Part shown: piece by piece, positions 41,738-57,132 of the stretch | Numbering within the stretch: the stretch's first letter is position 1 | How the letters are laid out: each line of letters opens with the position of its first letter | Program-made: the position numbers and the translations under genes | Source: Octopus bimaculoides | Taxonomy: Eukaryota | Direction: 5' to 3' | DNA length: 64,000 nt | Assembly: GCF_001194135.2 (NCBI RefSeq) | Contig: NC_068998.1 | Span: 49,748,455 to 49,812,454 of the forward strand | The notes under the pieces: model-generated | Database searches by the model: none | Seen by the model: the letters and a program-made list of their open reading frames with translations, nothing else | What the model was told of the DNA's origin: nothing

Positions 41738-42285
41738 GACTAGACAATATAATATATAATACGTGTGTGTGTATGTGTCAGCATGTCTCTGAATGTGTGC
41801 GTGTGTGTATGTGCATGCATGCGTAAGTATTTGTATCCGCCCTTTTCTTTTGCTCAGTAATTTCAATATTCTATACAATCAAGTTCTATATTACAGCAAT
41901 AAATTCTTGCATGTACTTACCATTTCGCTATCCTAACGCTATCATTTGCAACCAGTAATCGTTAATCCCCCCGAATACTCATATTATATACATCGTAAAT
42001 ATTTCTTACATTAGTCTAGGATATTGTAAATTATGTTGTTTAACGTTTAGTGGGATATACTTATAATAACAATTCCTCATAACATCGGATATATGGTATA
42101 ATACCAGAATCGTAGGTAGTTTGTAAATTGTTCTGTTTATACTGAGCATTCATGCATATGAACACATACGAATTATTCATTTACATTTTTCTGCATTCTC
42201 TTTCAAGATTTCGTTCCGGTTCATGTTCGTTGCTGGAGCAGTGATTGTATTTGCAATGCATGATTACAACCTTTGGACACAATAA
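36577..42285 (+). CDS. Gene C: 108-aa signal-peptide, 6-Cys paralogue with hydrophobic tail. Exons 36577-36613, 38154-38247, 38698-38788, 41238-41264, 42208-42285
   Basis: Spliced frame MKYYFVLILLMV/GDVMSTDCIYLAAETCPKANVNFTIINPEFCT/EYLKHHKCLHEIQNSCVDFYGYLYYNICVA/YESSSEENK/ISFRFMFVAGAVIVFAMHDYNLWTQ*. Exon sizes 37/94/91/27/78 nt. N-glycosylation sequon NFT. The last acceptor is AAG, so the terminal exon is less certain. An in-frame upstream ATG lies at 36553. Confidence 0.82.
38938..40230 (+). mobile_element. pogo/Tigger-family DNA transposon, internally deleted and frameshifted, in intron 3 of gene C
   Basis: TA target duplications at 38936-37 and 40231-32. Imperfect TIRs cggtgtttccctggaaatgagac / gtcttattttcggggaaatacgg. 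DDE_1-type motifs WDSAST, IPAGMT.YLQTLNIAINKPFK in two overlapping ORFs (39353-39583, 39463-39891). Confidence 0.88.
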
Positions 42286-42481
42286 AATCTCCTACGAAAT
42301 ATTTGTGCTTTTTTTAATTATTATTTGTCATAGTTACCTCATAGAAAGGATTAGTTATTTCGTTTATATTATAAACACCCAGTTTAGTTCAGGTAGTAAA
42401 AGTTCCACCATTCCAATAAATGTCATTTCGAATAAATATATTAAAAATAATCCTTTCTAAGAAGGCATGGGAGTTACTACA

Positions 42482-42540
<59 letters not shown>

Positions 42541-42599
42541 AAATATTAATAATATTAATAACAGTAACAACAACAACGACAACTGCAGCAACAATAATA

Positions 42600-43638
42600 A
42601 TAAGGATAATAAGGATGGAGCTCACAGCATATGGAAGAAATTTAGGCACAATAAATATCAGGAGAGGCATCTTCCAAGGGGATTGCCTGTTCCCACTTAT
42701 CTTTGTATTGTGCATGATACCATAACACTGTTTGTGAGGAAAGCAAGCGCTGGGTATGTATTCAAAAGCCGCCAAGAAAAAGTCAACTATTGTTATTTAT
42801 GGATGACCTCAAAATTTATGGTGAAGATGAATCCCAAGTCAATTCCGTCATTGATACGGTGTATACTTTCAGTGCTGATATCAGATTCAATTTCGCACTG
42901 AAAAAGTGTGGTGTGTTAATCTTCAAGAGAGGCAAAATCAAATGTATGCATGGGCTAGCAATACATCAGGGGAGGTTATGAAGCAGATAGAAGAGACGGG
43001 CTATAAGTACTTTGTGGACAACACGGTGAAACCGTATGGAATGTTACCAGTCAATGTACGCCACTAGCACAGAAAAATATAAGCGATGTCATAGCAATAT
43101 GGCAAGGATTGTCCATTGGAAACTGTGTAACAAGTATGGACTTGACAGAGCAAAAATGTGGTACGAACATAAACTCGAAGTTATCATCTAAAAAGATAAT
43201 GTAAAGATCCTATGAGATTTTATGATTCAGTGTAACCATGAGATAGAAAATAGGAAGCAAGATATGGTGTTAATTCAAAAAAGAAAGCAAACGATGCTGG
43301 ATCATAGATATAGCATGCACAGCTAACAACAAGTGATAAGGAAGAAAGAAAAGTCGATAGATATGATAGGTTAGCTTGGGAGGTTAAGCAGCTGTGGGCG
43401 ATGACAGAGGTTGTAATAGTACTAATAATTGTGGGAGTTCTGGGTGCAGTAAAAGTCTTCAGACGCAAATGGAACAAATAGGGGCTGCAATAAGTGTGGA
43501 AAGAAAACAGCACGCTTGGAACAGCTGGAATACTCCAGATGCTGCTCGAGAAATAAGGGGTGTTACCTTAGTTCACCGGTAGCGAACAGCTGTCACCGTA
43601 GTACATCTCCAGCGTTAGAAGCTGTGAAAATACAATAA

Positions 43639-43640
<2 letters not shown>
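42600..43640 (+). mobile_element. R4/Dong-like non-LTR retrotransposon, 5'-truncated (RT plus restriction-like endonuclease relic)
   Basis: Motifs RRGIFQGDCLFPLIF and LFMDDLKIYG, C-terminal remnants like WIIDIAC and IIVGVLG, a (TAA)n tail, and (TAC)/(AAT) repeats at the 5' flank. Confidence 0.8.
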
Positions 43641-43706
<66 letters not shown>

Positions 43707-44182
43707 CACATCGAAAAATATATAATGGAGAAGAAGCTACCAGCTTCTGTAGTGATATTTCGGATAAGGCAGTTAATTACAATGGGGATGCAGCATAGTT
43801 AACTATAAAACATAGTTTTTCATGCTGTCAGAATATCTTTAAAATAAATATTATGTTCTGCCAGCTAATTAATTGTCTAACCTACATAAATCTTTAAAAC
43901 GCGCTTAAAAACGTCATCCAAATCATTAAACGTCAGTTTATTATACCATAAATATTTTATGAAGAATGCGTATATCATTTTAGTATGAAAAAACCAATAA
44001 CGTACGATAGGTGACAAAATTAGTATGAACCTACATGGTCATCAAAGAAGCAGACCGGCATTACGTTTACAATATTCAGTATTAAGATTGTTTTATTATT
44101 TTTTTTTATAATAATATTATATTATTATTTTTTTATTAACTTTTATAATAATATATTATTATTTTTTAATTATCTTTTATAA

Positions 44183-44222
<40 letters not shown>

Positions 44223-44489
44223 ATTATTATTATTCAATGNNNNNNNNNNNNNNNNNNNNNNNNNNNNNNNNNNNNNNNNNNNNNNNNNNNNNNNNNNNNN
44301 NNNNNNNNNNNNNNNNNNNNNNNNNNNNNNNNNNNNNNNNNNNNNNNNNNNNNNNNNNNNNNNNNNNNNNNNNNNNNNNNNNNNNNNNNNNNNNNNNNNN
44401 NNNNNNNNNNNNNNNNNNNNNNNNNNNNNNNNNNNNNNNNNNNNNNNNNNNNNNNNNNNNNNNNNNNNNNNNNNNNNNNNNNNNNNNNT

Positions 44490-44835
<346 letters not shown>

Positions 44836-46132
44836 AATGTTGCATGGTCAAAGTTATTATCTTCTCAAAGTTAAATATTTGTATAGTTATGTACTTTATT
44901 AATATTTCTATCTTGCGCAAAGAAATTTACATTATTCTTAAAGAACAATATTGACAGTCTCGGCTAAATTTGTACGCTAGAAATGTACTGAGTAACGTCA
45001 GATAACCTCCTGTCATATAGTAATACTCATAAATCCTATTGAAGTAGAACTCTCATGTATATTCTCCAAGATATATATCTCTGACAGGAAGAAACGTGTA
45101 ACCTTATGGGAATATTTAACAGAATTTTCTTCGGAAAAAAGATATTTTTCTTAAATATTAAATATGAAAATTCAACAGAATTCTTATTGCAAAAAAAAAG
45201 AAAGAAAAAAATATTGTAATATGTACTGCTCATAAAATTATCAGTAGTAAATATTAATATATTAAATATGATGTTATGAAAAATACCACTATTATTATTC
45301 CTATGATAGGCTACCTGAATGTTAAAAGTAATTTCAAACTTTTGGCTAATATTACGTACATAGGCGCGGGAGTGGCTGTGTAGTAAGTAGCTTTCTTACC
45401 AACCACATGGTTCCGGGTTTAGTATATGTACGATAATAACAAACTTTACACACCATATTGAAATGTAATCTCCATTAAAATAGCCATAGTCTCGTAACTG
45501 ATTTTGAGGCTACAATAATCCATAATAAACAGATTCAGGAATGTCATAGTATCTGAGTACATTGCATGAAATTGCTATTATATAAAAAATGTATTCAGCA
45601 ACCAAAAGATATTTATTGAAGACGTTATATAAGAGATCCGAAGGGAAAATACCAGATGGTACAGAAATAGGAAATAATATCAAATTATAATATATAGGAT
45701 TCCACAGATAATAACCTCAAAATCCTTTATGCACTGCAGATACATTTATTAAAACCAGAATAGACCAAGATCTGTGTCTAGATCATAATCGATGAATATC
45801 TGTATAGTTCACATGGAACAAGTATTTCGGATACTCAGATAACATAAACAGAAAATTATCTAGAAATAAGTAATATAATACAATGCATTCATCATTATTT
45901 TAAACATTATTGAAAAAAAAACAAAGCTATTTACAACAACCACCAGAAAATAAATATTTCTCATAAAAGTTTTTCATGATACACACGATAAGGAATCGAC
46001 CATTTTTGCTTTTCTTTTTCGGTATATTAGGAGCAAATATAATACTTCGTAATAGGTATTTCCACGTGCAAACATATCTCCATCTAAATTATCTGTACAT
46101 GCAATTGGATATCGATAATTATTCAATCATAT

Positions 46133-46176
<44 letters not shown>

Positions 46177-46634
46177 NNNNNNNNNNNNNNNNNNNNNNNN
46201 NNNNNNNNNNNNNNNNNNNNNNNNNNNNNNNNNNNNNNNNNNNNNNNNNNNNNNNNNNNNNNNNNNNNNNNNNNNNNNNNNNNNNNNNNNNNNNNNNNNN
46301 NNNNNNNNNNNNNNNNNNNNNNNNNNNNNNNNNNNNNNNNNNNNNNNNNNNNNNNNNNNNNNNNNNNNNNNNNNNNNNNNNNNNNNNNNNNNNNNNNNNN
46401 NNNNNNNNNNNNNNNNNNNNNNNNNNNNNNNNNNNNNNNNNNNNNNNNNNNNNNNNNNNNNNNNNNNNNNNNNNNNNNNNNNNNNNNNNNNNNNNNNNNN
46501 NNNNNNNNNNNNNNNNNNNNNNNNNNNNNNNNNNNNNNNNNNNNNNNNNNNNNNNNNNNNNNNNNNNNNNNNNNNNNNNNNNNNNNNNNNNNNNNNNNNN
46601 NNNNNNNNNNNNNNNNNNNNNNNNNNNNNNNNNN

Positions 46635-46669
<35 letters not shown>

Positions 46670-47434
46670 CACTCCCACATATATTATATATAATTGTGTA
46701 ATGAGACATCCACCTGTTACATAACCTATGAGATACGTATATGCGTGTAGTGTCGTATCGCTCTACGAAGATTTGATTCTTTATATCAGATAAATTCCAA
46801 TGATAAAATATTCAATATTCTTGTTACTAATCCTTTAACATTAATTAACGATAATATCATTCTTGCACATATCCTTAATAGCAAGCAGTTGTAATATTAT
46901 TCTCGCATATTTCCTCCGAAATCTAGATATAACGGCAGCCCATCGGTGGAATGAGTTCCGTGTAGTGGATTGGCTGCTGACGTAAGTATCGCAGCCCATT
47001 CTCCATGTCAACGTCATCCCAATCATCACTGCGGAGCGCTGCAGTGAGCACCATATGTTCTGGCTTATGTGACATATGTGGTCAAACAACCCCTTCCCAC
47101 CATCGTCCACTGCTTTCCAACCACGCCTTGTTGCTTTCCTTTCTTTTCTTTCATTACATTTCTTTATTTTGTTTCAAACATCTAGCCCAAAAGCAATATT
47201 GTTGCGAAAGCGTCGGGGTAGCAGAACCGTTAATAATATGCTTAGCGGCATTTCGTGCGTGTTTACATTTTGTGCATTCCATTTAATAATTTTAAATGAC
47301 GTCTGTGAAGGTAGGAATGTTGCATTACAAATATAAACACACACACACGCACATATATGTATCTCCTTCTCTCTGTATACATGCATACACACACACACAC
47401 ACACACACGCATATATATGTATGTATACATGTAT

Positions 47435-47491
<57 letters not shown>

Positions 47492-48375
47492 NNNNNNNNN
47501 NNNNNNNNNNNNNNNNNNNNNNNNNNNNNNNNNNNNNNNNNNNNNNNNNNNNNNNNNNNNNNNNNNNNNNNNNNNNNNNNNNNNNNNNNNNNNNNNNNNN
47601 NNNNNNNNNNNNNNNNNNNNNNNNNNNNNNNNNNNNNNNNNNNNNNNNNNNNNNNNNNNNNNNNNNNNNNNNNNNNNNNNNNNNNNNNNNNNNNNNNNNN
47701 NNNNNNNNNNNNNNNNNNNNNNNNNNNNNNNNNNNNNNNNNNNNNNNNNNNNNNNNNNNNNNNNNNNNNNNNNNNNNNNNNNNNNNNNNNNNNNNNNNNN
47801 NNNNNNNNNNNNNNNNNNNNNNNNNNNNNNNNNNNNNNNNNNNNNNNNNNNNNNNNNNNNNNNNNNNNNNNNNNNNNNNNNNNNNNNNNNNNNNNNNNNN
47901 NNNNNNNNNNNNNNNNNNNNNNNNNNNNNNNNNNNNNNNNNNNNNNNNNNNNNNNNNNNNNNNNNNNNNNNNNNNNNNNNNNNNNNNNNNNNNNNNNNNN
48001 NNNNNNNNNNNNNNNNNNNNNNNNNNNNNNNNNNNNNNNNNNNNNNNNNNNNNNNNNNNNNNNNNNNNNNNNNNNNNNNNNNNNNNNNNNNNNNNNNNNN
48101 NNNNNNNNNNNNNNNNNNNNNNNNNNNNNNNNNNNNNNNNNNNNNNNNNNNNNNNNNNNNNNNNNNNNNNNNNNNNNNNNNNNNNNNNNNNNNNNNNNNN
48201 NNNNNNNNNNNNNNNNNNNNNNNNNNNNNNNNNNNNNNNNNNNNNNNNNNNNNNNNNNNNNNNNNNNNNNNNNNNNNNNNNNNNNNNNNNNNNNNNNNNN
48301 NNNNNNNNNNNNNNNNNNNNNNNNNNNNNNNNNNNNNNNNNNNNNNNNNNNNNNNNNNNNNNNNNNNNNNNNNNN

Positions 48376-48442
<67 letters not shown>

Positions 48443-49128
48443 CACACATACACACACACAGAAACACACACACACACAGATATACACACGCGCGTACATA
48501 TGTATAGGTGTGTGTTTGTGCAAATGTTTATATGGATGTACACACAAACATATATGCTACATTAAATTCAGTTCGAAGTATCCTCTTCTGATCTTCCGAT
48601 CTGTTGTTTTTGCTCTGAAATATATTCTTAATTCTTTGTTCATGATTTTGCTCTCTATTGATACAAATTATGGCTGATATCCTGATACCTAAGTTCTGGT
48701 TGATACAGTTGAAGAATTAATACAGTTGATACAGTAGAAGAATTAAAGTAGATATAAATCAACATATAAAGCTCCGTGCGAAATTGAAATATGCAGGGGA
48801 CAAAATCCACGAGAGAAGTAGATATGAGATTAGATTAGTTCGATGAAATTTAACAAAACTCCGTAGTTCTAAGCATTCGGAAGAAAAGTATTCGTTCAGT
48901 AAAACTGAAGTTATTACTGAAAAATTCCATTGCTACATTATATAATTATGCAAATAATAAAATATAAGTATTTCAATATCATAATAGTATTGTTCTCCTT
49001 GAATACCTTCTGTTCAGTTATATTTAGAGACAACTTTTATTTTTTATTTTACCCTATTTTATGTAAATATCAGTGCGATACGATATGTTCATTAACTAAT
49101 AATAAAAATGTTTACTTATTCATTTCAG

Positions 49129-49333
49129 GGTTTTCGACGCCAGCGGATTGTAATACCTTGGGGAAGAAACGTTGTCCAAAAGAAAATATAGATTTTAATG
49201 CCATTAAAAAAGGAGATAATTTTTGCGCGTATATATGGAAATATTTTTCTTTACTAAGAATGGTGCAATTAATTAATGTCCTTATATTTACCCACACACA
49301 TATACATACATATACATACCTATATATATATAT

Positions 49334-49388
<55 letters not shown>

Positions 49389-49591
49389 NNNNNNNNNNNN
49401 NNNNNNNNNNNNNNNNNNNNNNNNNNNNNNNNNNNNNNNNNNNNNNNNNNNNNNNNNNNNNNNNNNNNNNNNNNNNNNNNNNNNNNNNNNNNNNNNNNNN
49501 NNNNNNNNNNNNNNNNNNNNNNNNNNNNNNNNNNNNNNNNNNNNNNNNNNNNNNNNNNNNNNNNNNNNNNNNNNTATACATGTTTGTATAC

Positions 49592-49669
<78 letters not shown>

Positions 49670-51769
49670 GCGTGCGTGTGTGAATATATATGCATGTATG
49701 TATATATGTATAGCACTCACGTCATATACCTTGATTTCAGCAAGGCACTTCACAGAGCGGACCGCAAAAGCCTGCTGAAGAGACTGTCCAACATTGGAGT
49801 CCGTGAAAATCTGTTGCAGTTGATAAAGCATTTCTTGATGAACAGAACGCAACATGTGTATGAGGGAATACGATCCAATTCATCCAAAGTCAGTAGTGGT
49901 GTCCCACATTGTACGGTGTTCGGCCCTCCCCTCTCCATTATTTACATCAACGACATAATGGGTGTCATCAAACATTGTACATTGAAAATCTTTGCGGATG
50001 ATTCCAAACTTTAGAAAGCCACAAACCGCACAACCGTTAAGTCAGATCTGTTTGCTATTGTACAATGGGCATAAAAAAACAATATGGTTTTAAAGGAAGA
50101 TAAATTTGGTTTGATCCACTTTGGGAAAGAGAAACACTGAAATTACCGTATGCTTTTCCCTCGGACCACTCCCTAGTGTCATCCAACAACGCCAGAGATT
50201 TTGGAGTAATTGCTGATAACAAACTAAGCTGGAGTTTCCACGTAAAAAACAAGGATGATTTGGCCCACAAGATGTGCTCCTGAACTCTGTGAACTTTCCG
50301 GTCTAGCGATGCCTACACCATCATACTTCCCCAACGCCACATTGAGTACTGTTGTCCACTGTTCTCCCCCCCCCCCATATAAAGCAACTCATTATGAAAG
50401 TAGATGCAGTCCAGAGGTCAATGACAAGAAAGACAGACGGCATAAAAGGCATTGATTATTGGAGTCAACTAAAAAATCTAAATCTCTACTCTCTCCATCG
50501 CCGCCAGGAGCGCTACATCATTTGTGTTATGTTGAAAATATTCCATCAATATTGCATAAATGATGTTGGCATCAATTTTAAAATCTATCCAGGCTTGGAC
50601 CCCGTGCTATCCGCCTACTGCAAAAATCGAACTCGGTACACATAGCAACATTACGTAACAATTACTTTACCTCAACAGGTTCAGCTCTCTTTAAATAATA
50701 CCATACCAAAATATGTCAAAACAGAAACGGATCCCATAAAATTCAAATGTTCACTGGACAAATTTCTGTCAAAAAATCCCGGACCAAACCCCTACACACG
50801 GATATTTCTCCAACAATAATAACTTTTTGCTAGAGTGAGCTTTGGTGCCCCATATATGGCTAAAAGACTTCACCGAGTGATGCTATTGAGTTAGACATGG
50901 TCTGGGCCTATACTAGATATATATNNNNNNNNNNNNNNNNNNNNNNNNNNNNNNNNNNNNNNNNNNNNNNNNNNNNNNNNNNNNNNNNNNNNNNNNNNNN
51001 NNNNNNNNNNNNNNNNNNNNNNNNNNNNNNNNNNNNNNNNNNNNNNNNNNNNNNNNNNNNNNNNNNNNNNNNNNNNNNNNNNNNNNNNNNNNNNNNNNNN
51101 NNNNNNNNNNNNNNNNNNNNNNNNNNNNNNNNNNNNNNNNNNNNNNNNNNNNNNNTATACAGGTATGTATTTAAACGAGGTGTGATGAAACTTTCTCCCC
51201 TTTAAGGGTATCGCGAAATCCCTGGATAGTGGCCCGACCTTCTGAATTATTTTACAAGGCTTAGAAAACCTGAAGAGCTGTTGCAATATCTGTAAATCTC
51301 AGAAGGGATTATGTTGAATAATTTCTTAGTTAAATAATCCTCTTGTATTTTCTTTTACCCTGACTTAGGTACTATGCAGCACCTCGTCGCTTGTGTATAT
51401 GTGTGTGTGTGTGTGCACGTGTGGGTGTGTGTGTGAATGTTTATGTTTGTGTGTGTTTGTGTATGTGTTGTTAGCGTATGTTTGTGAGTTGTTCGTCTCT
51501 ATGTCATAAAAGTTCAGAAAAATTTCCGTATTCAAGCTTTAAACTATTCTTTTTAATTTCTGTCTCCTAGTAAATACCGGAAGCATTTTGAGTGTTTCGT
51601 TGAAATATCGCATTATTGTACGGAATATTACGGTTTCGTGTATGAGCGCGCCTGTCCGGTAGGGATTTTCTATTTCATTGGTCTCATTTATTAAATTAGA
51701 TTTGAATAGTTCACAATATTCTATACACTAATAATAATAATAATGATGATGATGATGATGATGATGATG

Positions 51770-51835
<66 letters not shown>

Positions 51836-52076
51836 GTAGTAACATTTCCAACAATCATTATTTTCATTGTTGTTAAGGTAGTAAGTTTGCAGAACTGTAA
51901 TCACGTCCGACAGAATGCTTAACAGCATTTCGCCCATTCTTTTAGTTTCTGACTTCAAATTGCGCCAAGGTTGAATTTGCGTTTCATCCTTTTCGCTGTC
52001 GATAAATTGTGTACCAGCCAAGCACTGGGGTTGACATAATCGATTTACACAATTGTTGATCCCGAGCGAAAGTTTC

Positions 52077-52132
<56 letters not shown>

Positions 52133-53980
52133 TAAAGATTTAAAACAAAATTGCATATTTTAAATTTGATTTGCACTTCTTTCATCTAAATACATTAACT
52201 TATTTTCAATAGGAAGAAAACCATGGCTGTAACAACCGAGCTAAGGTACGTACTACCTTTTTGCAAATATTTCGCCATCACTGCATTTTAATGCCAGATA
52301 AGCACATGATTTCTACGATATTAGCATCATACCCTTTTCAAATCAATCAGATGGTTTGCTAATGCAAACGCTATAACGCTATACTAACACGAAAATAATT
52401 AAGACAAACCATCTTGTTAATCATTTATAGCAATAGATATATGATATGTATGTTGCCTTAGGTTAATTTAGTGATGCCATCATTAACATATTCGCTATTA
52501 AAGAAATCATTTAATACTCTACCAAGGAGTTCTACTAGTGCTATTAGCGCGGCAATATAATGCAGAAAGACCATGCTCATTAAACGTAATAGAATACATA
52601 GGCAATATTTTATACCATTACAAGCTACTGAAATGTGTATACAACTCTGTTATAATGATATATTTCAATAAACATAGTATATTAGAGTATTAAACGTCTT
52701 TGTACGCCAATTATACGATTGTATAAATTGCAATATTGCGATGCCACTCACATAACAACTCATTTACAAATGCTATCAACTGTGGTATCACAGTTATATC
52801 AACTCTGGCAGCCTTGTGAAGGGGAAATAGAAGCAATTTTGTGAAATACTTGCTAATTTTCCTTGAATTCTGCGTAACAATTTTCCTCCTGACCTTAGAA
52901 TTTACATGACTTGTCACATCTCAATTTCACATTTCACAGAAATTCATGTTCAAATTTGAGTAATAGTGTGTGTATATCAAATTCTCATAATAGTACAATG
53001 GTATTCTGGTTATACATACTTGTAAATAGAGTTATTTCTATAATTTCAGAAGGGTATCTACTCTGTAAATGTATGCAATATATTTAGCTCCAATATATGT
53101 GATAATATACATCATTTAAGGCTACAAGAAGGGAAATGTATTAGTTCAAAGGCAATGGATTTATTAAGTTTCTATAAGGCGGTAAATACTCTTGAAATTA
53201 CTTATGGACAACTGAACAGCGACACACTGTAGGACAAAAGTATTTCTCTAATTCGAACGTTCATGTGTTCATTATGCCTTCAGCATCTCACGTTCCTTTA
53301 TGTACCAACTGGTATATTGACACCCAAGTAAGCTCATTTGCTCTGCATCACAATTAGTCACCACATGAGGTATATCTGCCTCTCACCCGTTGTCAACTAG
53401 AAACTGTCAGTTGATAGTTTGATATTTCTTAGTTTTGAGTAACCACGTTTAGAAAAAAATCCGTATATTAGAAATCACTGCATGTATTAAGTTTGATTAA
53501 GCAATTGACTTTCTTCTTGGTTTAATATCTTGTTCTGTGCTAATTAATCATGATATAACCGGTAAGTCGTTGAGGTCTTCATTGTTTGTAAGACTGTTCT
53601 CTTAAAAATGTATGCTACTGTGATTCAAAATGATACAAGACTACTTCAACACTCAGTAAAGGTTGCATTTTCGTGAAGTGAAGAAATTTGGTTAAGTCCG
53701 CATATATTGCGCGCGGTATTTGGTAGAATAAGTTTTTTATATCGTACGTAGAATCAGCAGACCTAAGATGTTTCAAAGTCCCGATGTCTTCTCATAGAAA
53801 CAAACAATCCACCCCAATGTAATGGATAATAAATAATATATATTGTAAAATAATAAATATGCATTTTAATCTCATGGACAATACACCTTTTAAATGAATA
53901 TGTTCTTATTCTCTTCACAGACCGGACTCCTGACAGTATTAATTACTACATATCTATTGTTATTAGCAAAAATTATATGA
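49129..53980 (+). CDS. Gene D (5'-partial, signal exon uncertain): 6-Cys, putatively GPI-anchored paralogue. Exons 49129-49228, 51571-51658, 52213-52245, 53921-53980
   Basis: Spliced frame GFSTPADCNTLGKKRCPKENIDFNAIKKGDNFCA/KYRKHFECFVEISHYCTEYYGFVYERACP/EENHGCNNRAK/TGLLTVLITTYLLLLAKII*. Exon sizes 100/88/33/60 nt are identical to gene A exons 2-5. TGAATAAA at the stop. Weak exon 1 candidate at 47238-47310. Confidence 0.82.
49715..50915 (+). mobile_element. CR1/L2-like LINE 3' relic, in intron 2 of gene D
   Basis: VIYLDFSKAL...SGVPHCTVFGP...YINDI...KIFADDSKL RT motifs, followed by degenerate C-terminal sequence (LNLYSLHRRQERY). Confidence 0.85.
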
Positions 53981-56900
53981 ATAAATTTTGAGATGTGATT
54001 AATAACGGCATTCGGTGTTGTTCTTATTGTTATTGAACTACTGCCTCAATGTTAGCAACCGTTGTTATGTCATTGCTGAGCTAATATTTGCTTGCAGTTT
54101 TCAAACAGGGTCAACGATTTCATGGCCGTTGTGTTGGTAAATCGATTAGATTAACCCCAGGGTTAAAGAAAGAAACATGCAAACAAAGAATGAAAGATTA
54201 CGAGAGAAAGACCGAAGAATACTACAGGAAGACAGAAAGGAAGAAAGAAAGAAAGAAAGTAGGAACGAAAGAAAGCAGGAAAGAAAGAAAGATGGGACGA
54301 AATTAATAAAGATCGCTTTACAACACATGCACACATGCAAATTGGAAAAACAAAAACGTCCTATTGTTTTTCAAGATTGAAAAGCAATAAATGCTTCTGT
54401 TTTGATTTAGTATGTCTAATGACGATGAAGTGTCTGCTCTTTTTTGAATACCTAAATCCTATTTGGTCGATTGTTGATCACTTGTACTCAAAATGATTAT
54501 TCGAAACATAGTAATCAATACCGTATTCGTCCTCATCACAATTAACGGCTTTCATTCTAAATAACGCTGTAATGATCTGAAAAATGATAATTGGAGCAAG
54601 AAGAATAAGAAGCGTAATCATCGTTTCATGAGTCAACATCTTTGCCAATATAGATTCTTGCAGTCGCGTATAAAACTAAAACTCCTATGCAACTAAAAAA
54701 TGCCGGTTATTTTAAACGCAGTGTTTTGGGGTAATGCTTCCAATTCGAAACTATACTTCTCTACTTTAACTGTTTCATTCTTCTTTACCATTTTACGATA
54801 CACAGCACCACTCATATCCTCACAGACATTATTGTCTTCGAAATGGATTCTTCTACTTAATTGAATAATAACTGCTATGATTTTCGTTAGATGGAATTAC
54901 ACCGAAGCTAATTTCCATCATTAGTGACGATACTGACCACGACAGGTTCGGTAGCAAGCCGGATCTCCAATGACAAGCAGAGGACAACCTTTTTCCTTAA
55001 ACTTTGAAGTATTCTGATGAAGTTAAGACTCATGTATATGAATGTATTTTATAATTGTATTGTTACATGTCTTATGTCGTTTTGCTAATTTTCGTGCAGC
55101 TTGATTTGAAATTTTCTGAACTGTGCTTGTTCGAAGTTCAATATTGACAGAATCTTGTCGTCTGGATGCATGACAATTTGCATGAGAAAACATCTCCCAA
55201 GAGAATCTTGACAAGTCATTGTATTTATGTCTGAACACTTAATGTAATATTTCCATATAAGGAACGCATGTTTCGTGATGTTTCAGTTGATAATTAGACC
55301 TTTCTCAAATTATACAACATGCAGTATATAATATGGGTCTGAGCTTATGTCATTTATATGGTTAAAATCGATACGGATGTATCCACTATGGTATGCGTAA
55401 TCCGCAAAGAGAAAAATCATTTCAATTTCACAGCAAATATTTAATTTACTGTAAGTAATGAAAAGGCAATCTCGAAGTGATATCAAAAATGCTATGCGGA
55501 AATTTTACAACCTAATGTATATTTACACATACACCTGTCAGGAATTTGGTACGTTAGGAGATTCCATGCAAGTTGTAAGTACTGCCGCGGCTGAGGTAAA
55601 ACAGGTTAATCCGTGTAAAACGGTAACTTAACGAGGTTAAAAACGTCACAGCAAGGAAATACTTTGTTTCTCTCATAATAAAATCTCCGTAAGAAATGAT
55701 AAATACGAACCATGTGCAGTTTTGTTTCTTGTTTCCAGTAATGAATACTATCTTTCTAGTAACTATGACTATTTTAATGGAGGTGAGTAAGAGAATAAAC
55801 CAACGATTAATAATAGGCAATGATTATGATCATGACATCGGAAACTTACGACCACCGGGCTCAATGGACTAATTAAATTTAGAGTCCTGTAGAAAGGAAG
55901 ATTAATCGACGTACTCAAAATAAGATTGTCCATGTTACGTGCTAAAGGTAAGAGGATTACGTAGTGCATGTATGTCAAGGATTTTTAGATCCACATCGAT
56001 GGATAGACTGAAGGCGGATGGATAGACTGAGCTGATGAGAAGATTTATGGAGATTCTGCCCTCAGATTTTTATCAAAATACATTTATTTTTTTTCTGATA
56101 TTATTATCAGTGCCAATATGTTTGAGGTACGTTCAAACCGGTGAACAAGGTATTTATTGAATTTTGTCACGGAAGACATATCCCGTTTGTTGACAAATGA
56201 CGGGTATACACCTATATTCACCGGTTCATACGTGCCTCAAGGATATTCGGTCTTATAATGACAATACAATTTTACCCATCACTGCTTAGCGCTCACCGTC
56301 TGTAATCTAATTTTCTATGCATTACAATTCTTTTATTAAATTACTAAGTATACCCACAAATATCTCTCCCGTTCTGTAGATATGTAAAGTGTTTGACCTG
56401 TTCATAGGTAGCTGAACAAGAATCTATGTTGTGTGTATACTCATATTTGGTTTCGACAAGCACGAATATATCAACAGTTTTAATTATTCACTTTTAAAGA
56501 TATGTTCAGGTTTAATATTGGTAATTATGAAAACGAAACTCTTCATCCTTGGCCGTCTTGTATATTTACTTTTAATACATTTCAGCAGATTCAAACCTGA
56601 ATATGCTAATCACTGTTGTTTGTTACAGGAAAACAGCTTCTCGTTTACGAAAAATATGTATTCATAACATATTAGACTAATTAGTACAAGGGATTCTGTG
56701 ACATAATTAAAACAATAGCAAGCACGCAGATAGAAGGCTTGCTTTTTGCTAGTTCGAGGGTATGTTGCACTTACAGGCATAAGAGCATATATTCTCTTAA
56801 TGTGACTAGTGTTCAAACACCTGTGAGTCATAGACAAGCGAGATGCTATTCAAGAGCGATATACATCGATGTTCCGTCAGTTTTGTAACTTGATTTTACT

Positions 56901-57132
56901 CGCATATTTGATATAGTTAAAACTTATCAAATAAAACAAGATTTAACCTTTCAACATGTAAAGTAAACCATTAAAAGAAAGATGAATACATGTTACCATA
57001 TATAATTAAATATAGCAAATATGTATGTTCGCTTATTTAAGGCCAGCACCTGTTACACTATATTACTTAAGACGAAGTTAGTTGAAGGTAAATTTATTTT
57101 ACTACTTGAACGATTTGTTACGGATAACCAAG

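Noticed and set aside
52246-52246. Ly6/quiver assignment based on the GCN motif in gene D's spacer exon
   Set aside because: GCN is present in only one paralogue, and the 6-Cys spacing is unlike the 8-10-Cys three-finger pattern.
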